Shown here: one piece after another, positions 61,601 through 64,000 of the stretch | How the letters are laid out: every line of letters starts with the position of its first letter | How positions within the stretch are numbered: the first letter of the stretch is position 1 | Assembly: GCF_009914755.1 (NCBI RefSeq) | Contig: NC_060938.1 | DNA from: the human T2T-CHM13v2.0 reference genome, Homo sapiens | Reading direction: 5' to 3' (one strand) | Length of the DNA: 64,000 bases | Translations under genes and position numbers: made by a program | The notes under the pieces: model-generated | What the model was told of the DNA's origin: nothing | What the model saw: only the letters and a program-made list of their open reading frames with translations | Database searches by the model: none

Positions 61601-61669
61601 AGGAATTATCTCATAGGAGAGAACTGTCAAACAGTATAACGTTTAAACAGACTTTAAAGGCAAGAAAGG

Positions 61670-61910
61670 ATGGAGGGCACAGACTCTGAAGCCAGAGTGC
61701 CTCAATTCAAGTACCGGTGCTGCAACTTCCAAGCTGCGTGATCTTGAGCCAGTGACTTAACTTCTCTGTTCCTCTGTTTTTCCTCTTCTGTAAAACGGAG
61801 ATAATATTTTCTACCACACAAGTTTGTTGAAAATATCAAATGTAATGATAACCATAAAATACTTAAAAGAGTGATTGGCACACGGAAGTATTCAATAAAT
61901 GTTAGTTATT
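61670..61910 (+). mobile_element. MIR
   Basis: agactctgaagccaga...ctgcgtgatcttgagccagtgacttaacttctctg...aataaatgttagttatt. Confidence 0.8.
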
Positions 61911-62215
<305 letters not shown>

Positions 62216-62667
62216 AAATGATAGTTAAGTTAACCTAGGCTATTTTTTTAAAAAAATTTTGGTTTCTATCCACCTTTTTCGTATAAATTGAGCCAGGTTA
62301 CACCTTAGACCTATTAGATCAGAATCAGGCATCAGGATTGCTAAAGCTCCCCAGGGGACCCCAGTGTGTGGATGAGGTTGAGAATCATTGTTTTGGTCCA
62401 GTCTTTCCATTTTAAAGTGAGGCAACTGGAGCTGAATAGGGAAATCGAGTCACTGAGGATCACCCAGCCAGGACCAGGGCCCAAGTTCCTATTCCCATTT
62501 ACCGCTGATGGAGCTCACCGTGGTCATGAGTTCAGGACCTGGCTCTGTGTCTGGAGGAAGGTCTGGCCTCGAGTCAGCCCTTGTCCAGAATATCTGGCCA
62601 GGTGACCCCCTCTCCATGCAGCCCAGGAGGCAGATGGTCAGCTCTATGATTGGAAGAATGTGAGTGA

Positions 62668-63078
<411 letters not shown>

Positions 63079-64000
63079 TAGTGTTCTCGGGAGACCTTTG
63101 CCCACTCAAGTCTCCAGTCTCTCGGGGGAAGCAGTCAGTGTGAGAGAAGGAACACAGGGCCCCGAGCCAAGCCCTGCTCTGCGCCTCCCTCGCGGGCAAT
63201 GAGTCTTTGCATCAAACACTCAAAGTTTCTGAACTTCTGAGAAAACAAGTGTCTTGAGGTGAATCCTATAGCACAGCTGTCACCAGCCTGTGGTCATTTT
63301 GGAGGGTATGTGGCATAGGTTTGTCCCAGGGTCTCAGTTGTCCTCATCTGTAGAGTGGGGATAATAACAGCTGACCTTCCCTATCCCACACAGAGCGTTA
63401 TTGTGAGGAGTCTGATGGACCTGGATGAATTCTGAATAGGAGAAAGATGGGTACATGGATGCCCAAATGCAGGCTCACCCCCACCCCTCTCAGTAGCAGA
63501 AGACATGCATATGGGAGAAGCTGCATTTCCTCCCAGCCTCACTGTGCTCTAGGTGTCCAGCCCTCATTGTTAGGGGATGTCACTGTTGTACCTCTGGATA
63601 AACAGCTGCTCTCATGCCACCTTTGCCAGTTGTCCCTTCAGCTGGGCGAGCCCTTTCCAGGGCATGACTGCCCCAAGGAGGGCCAGAGGGGACTGGGCAA
63701 TAGCAGGGACATGGAGGGACGAGGCCCCAGATCAGCCACTTCCTCCTGCAAGGGAAGTCAAACCCTTTCTCTCATAAGTGTCAGGCTGGCTGCACGGTCC
63801 CTGGGCTGGCAGGGCAGGTTTCTTGGGGGCCCTAGCAGGAAGCACTCTTGCTTCCCAAGGTAAAGACAAGTTTCTTATCACTGGCGGTGGTTTTCTGGTT
63901 AGAGGCAGCAGGCAGCGGTTACAAACTTTGCCTAGAGCTCTGGGATCTGCAAGCCAGGGAGGGGGAGGCAGACGACAGAGCTAGAGTGAGCTCAGCAGAG

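Overview
Human (primate) genomic DNA, rich in repeats (Alu, L1M, MIR, L2, MaLR/ERVL LTRs, hAT MER elements). It holds about 43.5 kb of upstream intergenic sequence followed by the 5' part of BATF (basic leucine zipper ATF-like transcription factor, + strand). Coding exon 1 is at 43767-43829 (MPHSSDSSDSSFSRSPPPGKQ) and exon 2 at 46171-46275 (basic region, DSSDD...ADTLHL). Most of the long intron 2 follows; exon 3 (leucine zipper and C-terminus) is not in the window. From memory the locus is 14q24.3, downstream of FOS/JDP2. Almost all other ORFs in the track are repeat-derived or chance ORFs. I found no clearly new biological system. The best leads are regulatory or structural: (1) a CpG-enriched, motif-dense element about 7 kb upstream that contains a candidate alternative first coding exon in frame with BATF exon 2; (2) a 48-codon uORF whose AUG sits in a hairpin loop in the BATF 5'UTR; (3) an intron-2 cluster of perfect NF-kB, RBPJ and STAT sites; (4) a perfect BCL6/STAT site in intron 1; (5) a near-perfect CTCF site; (6) a 63-bp templated duplication beside a 24-bp palindrome that looks like a DNA-repair scar; (7) a 230-aa ATG-initiated ORF in unique sequence. 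Repeat subfamily calls and boundaries were made by eye and are approximate.
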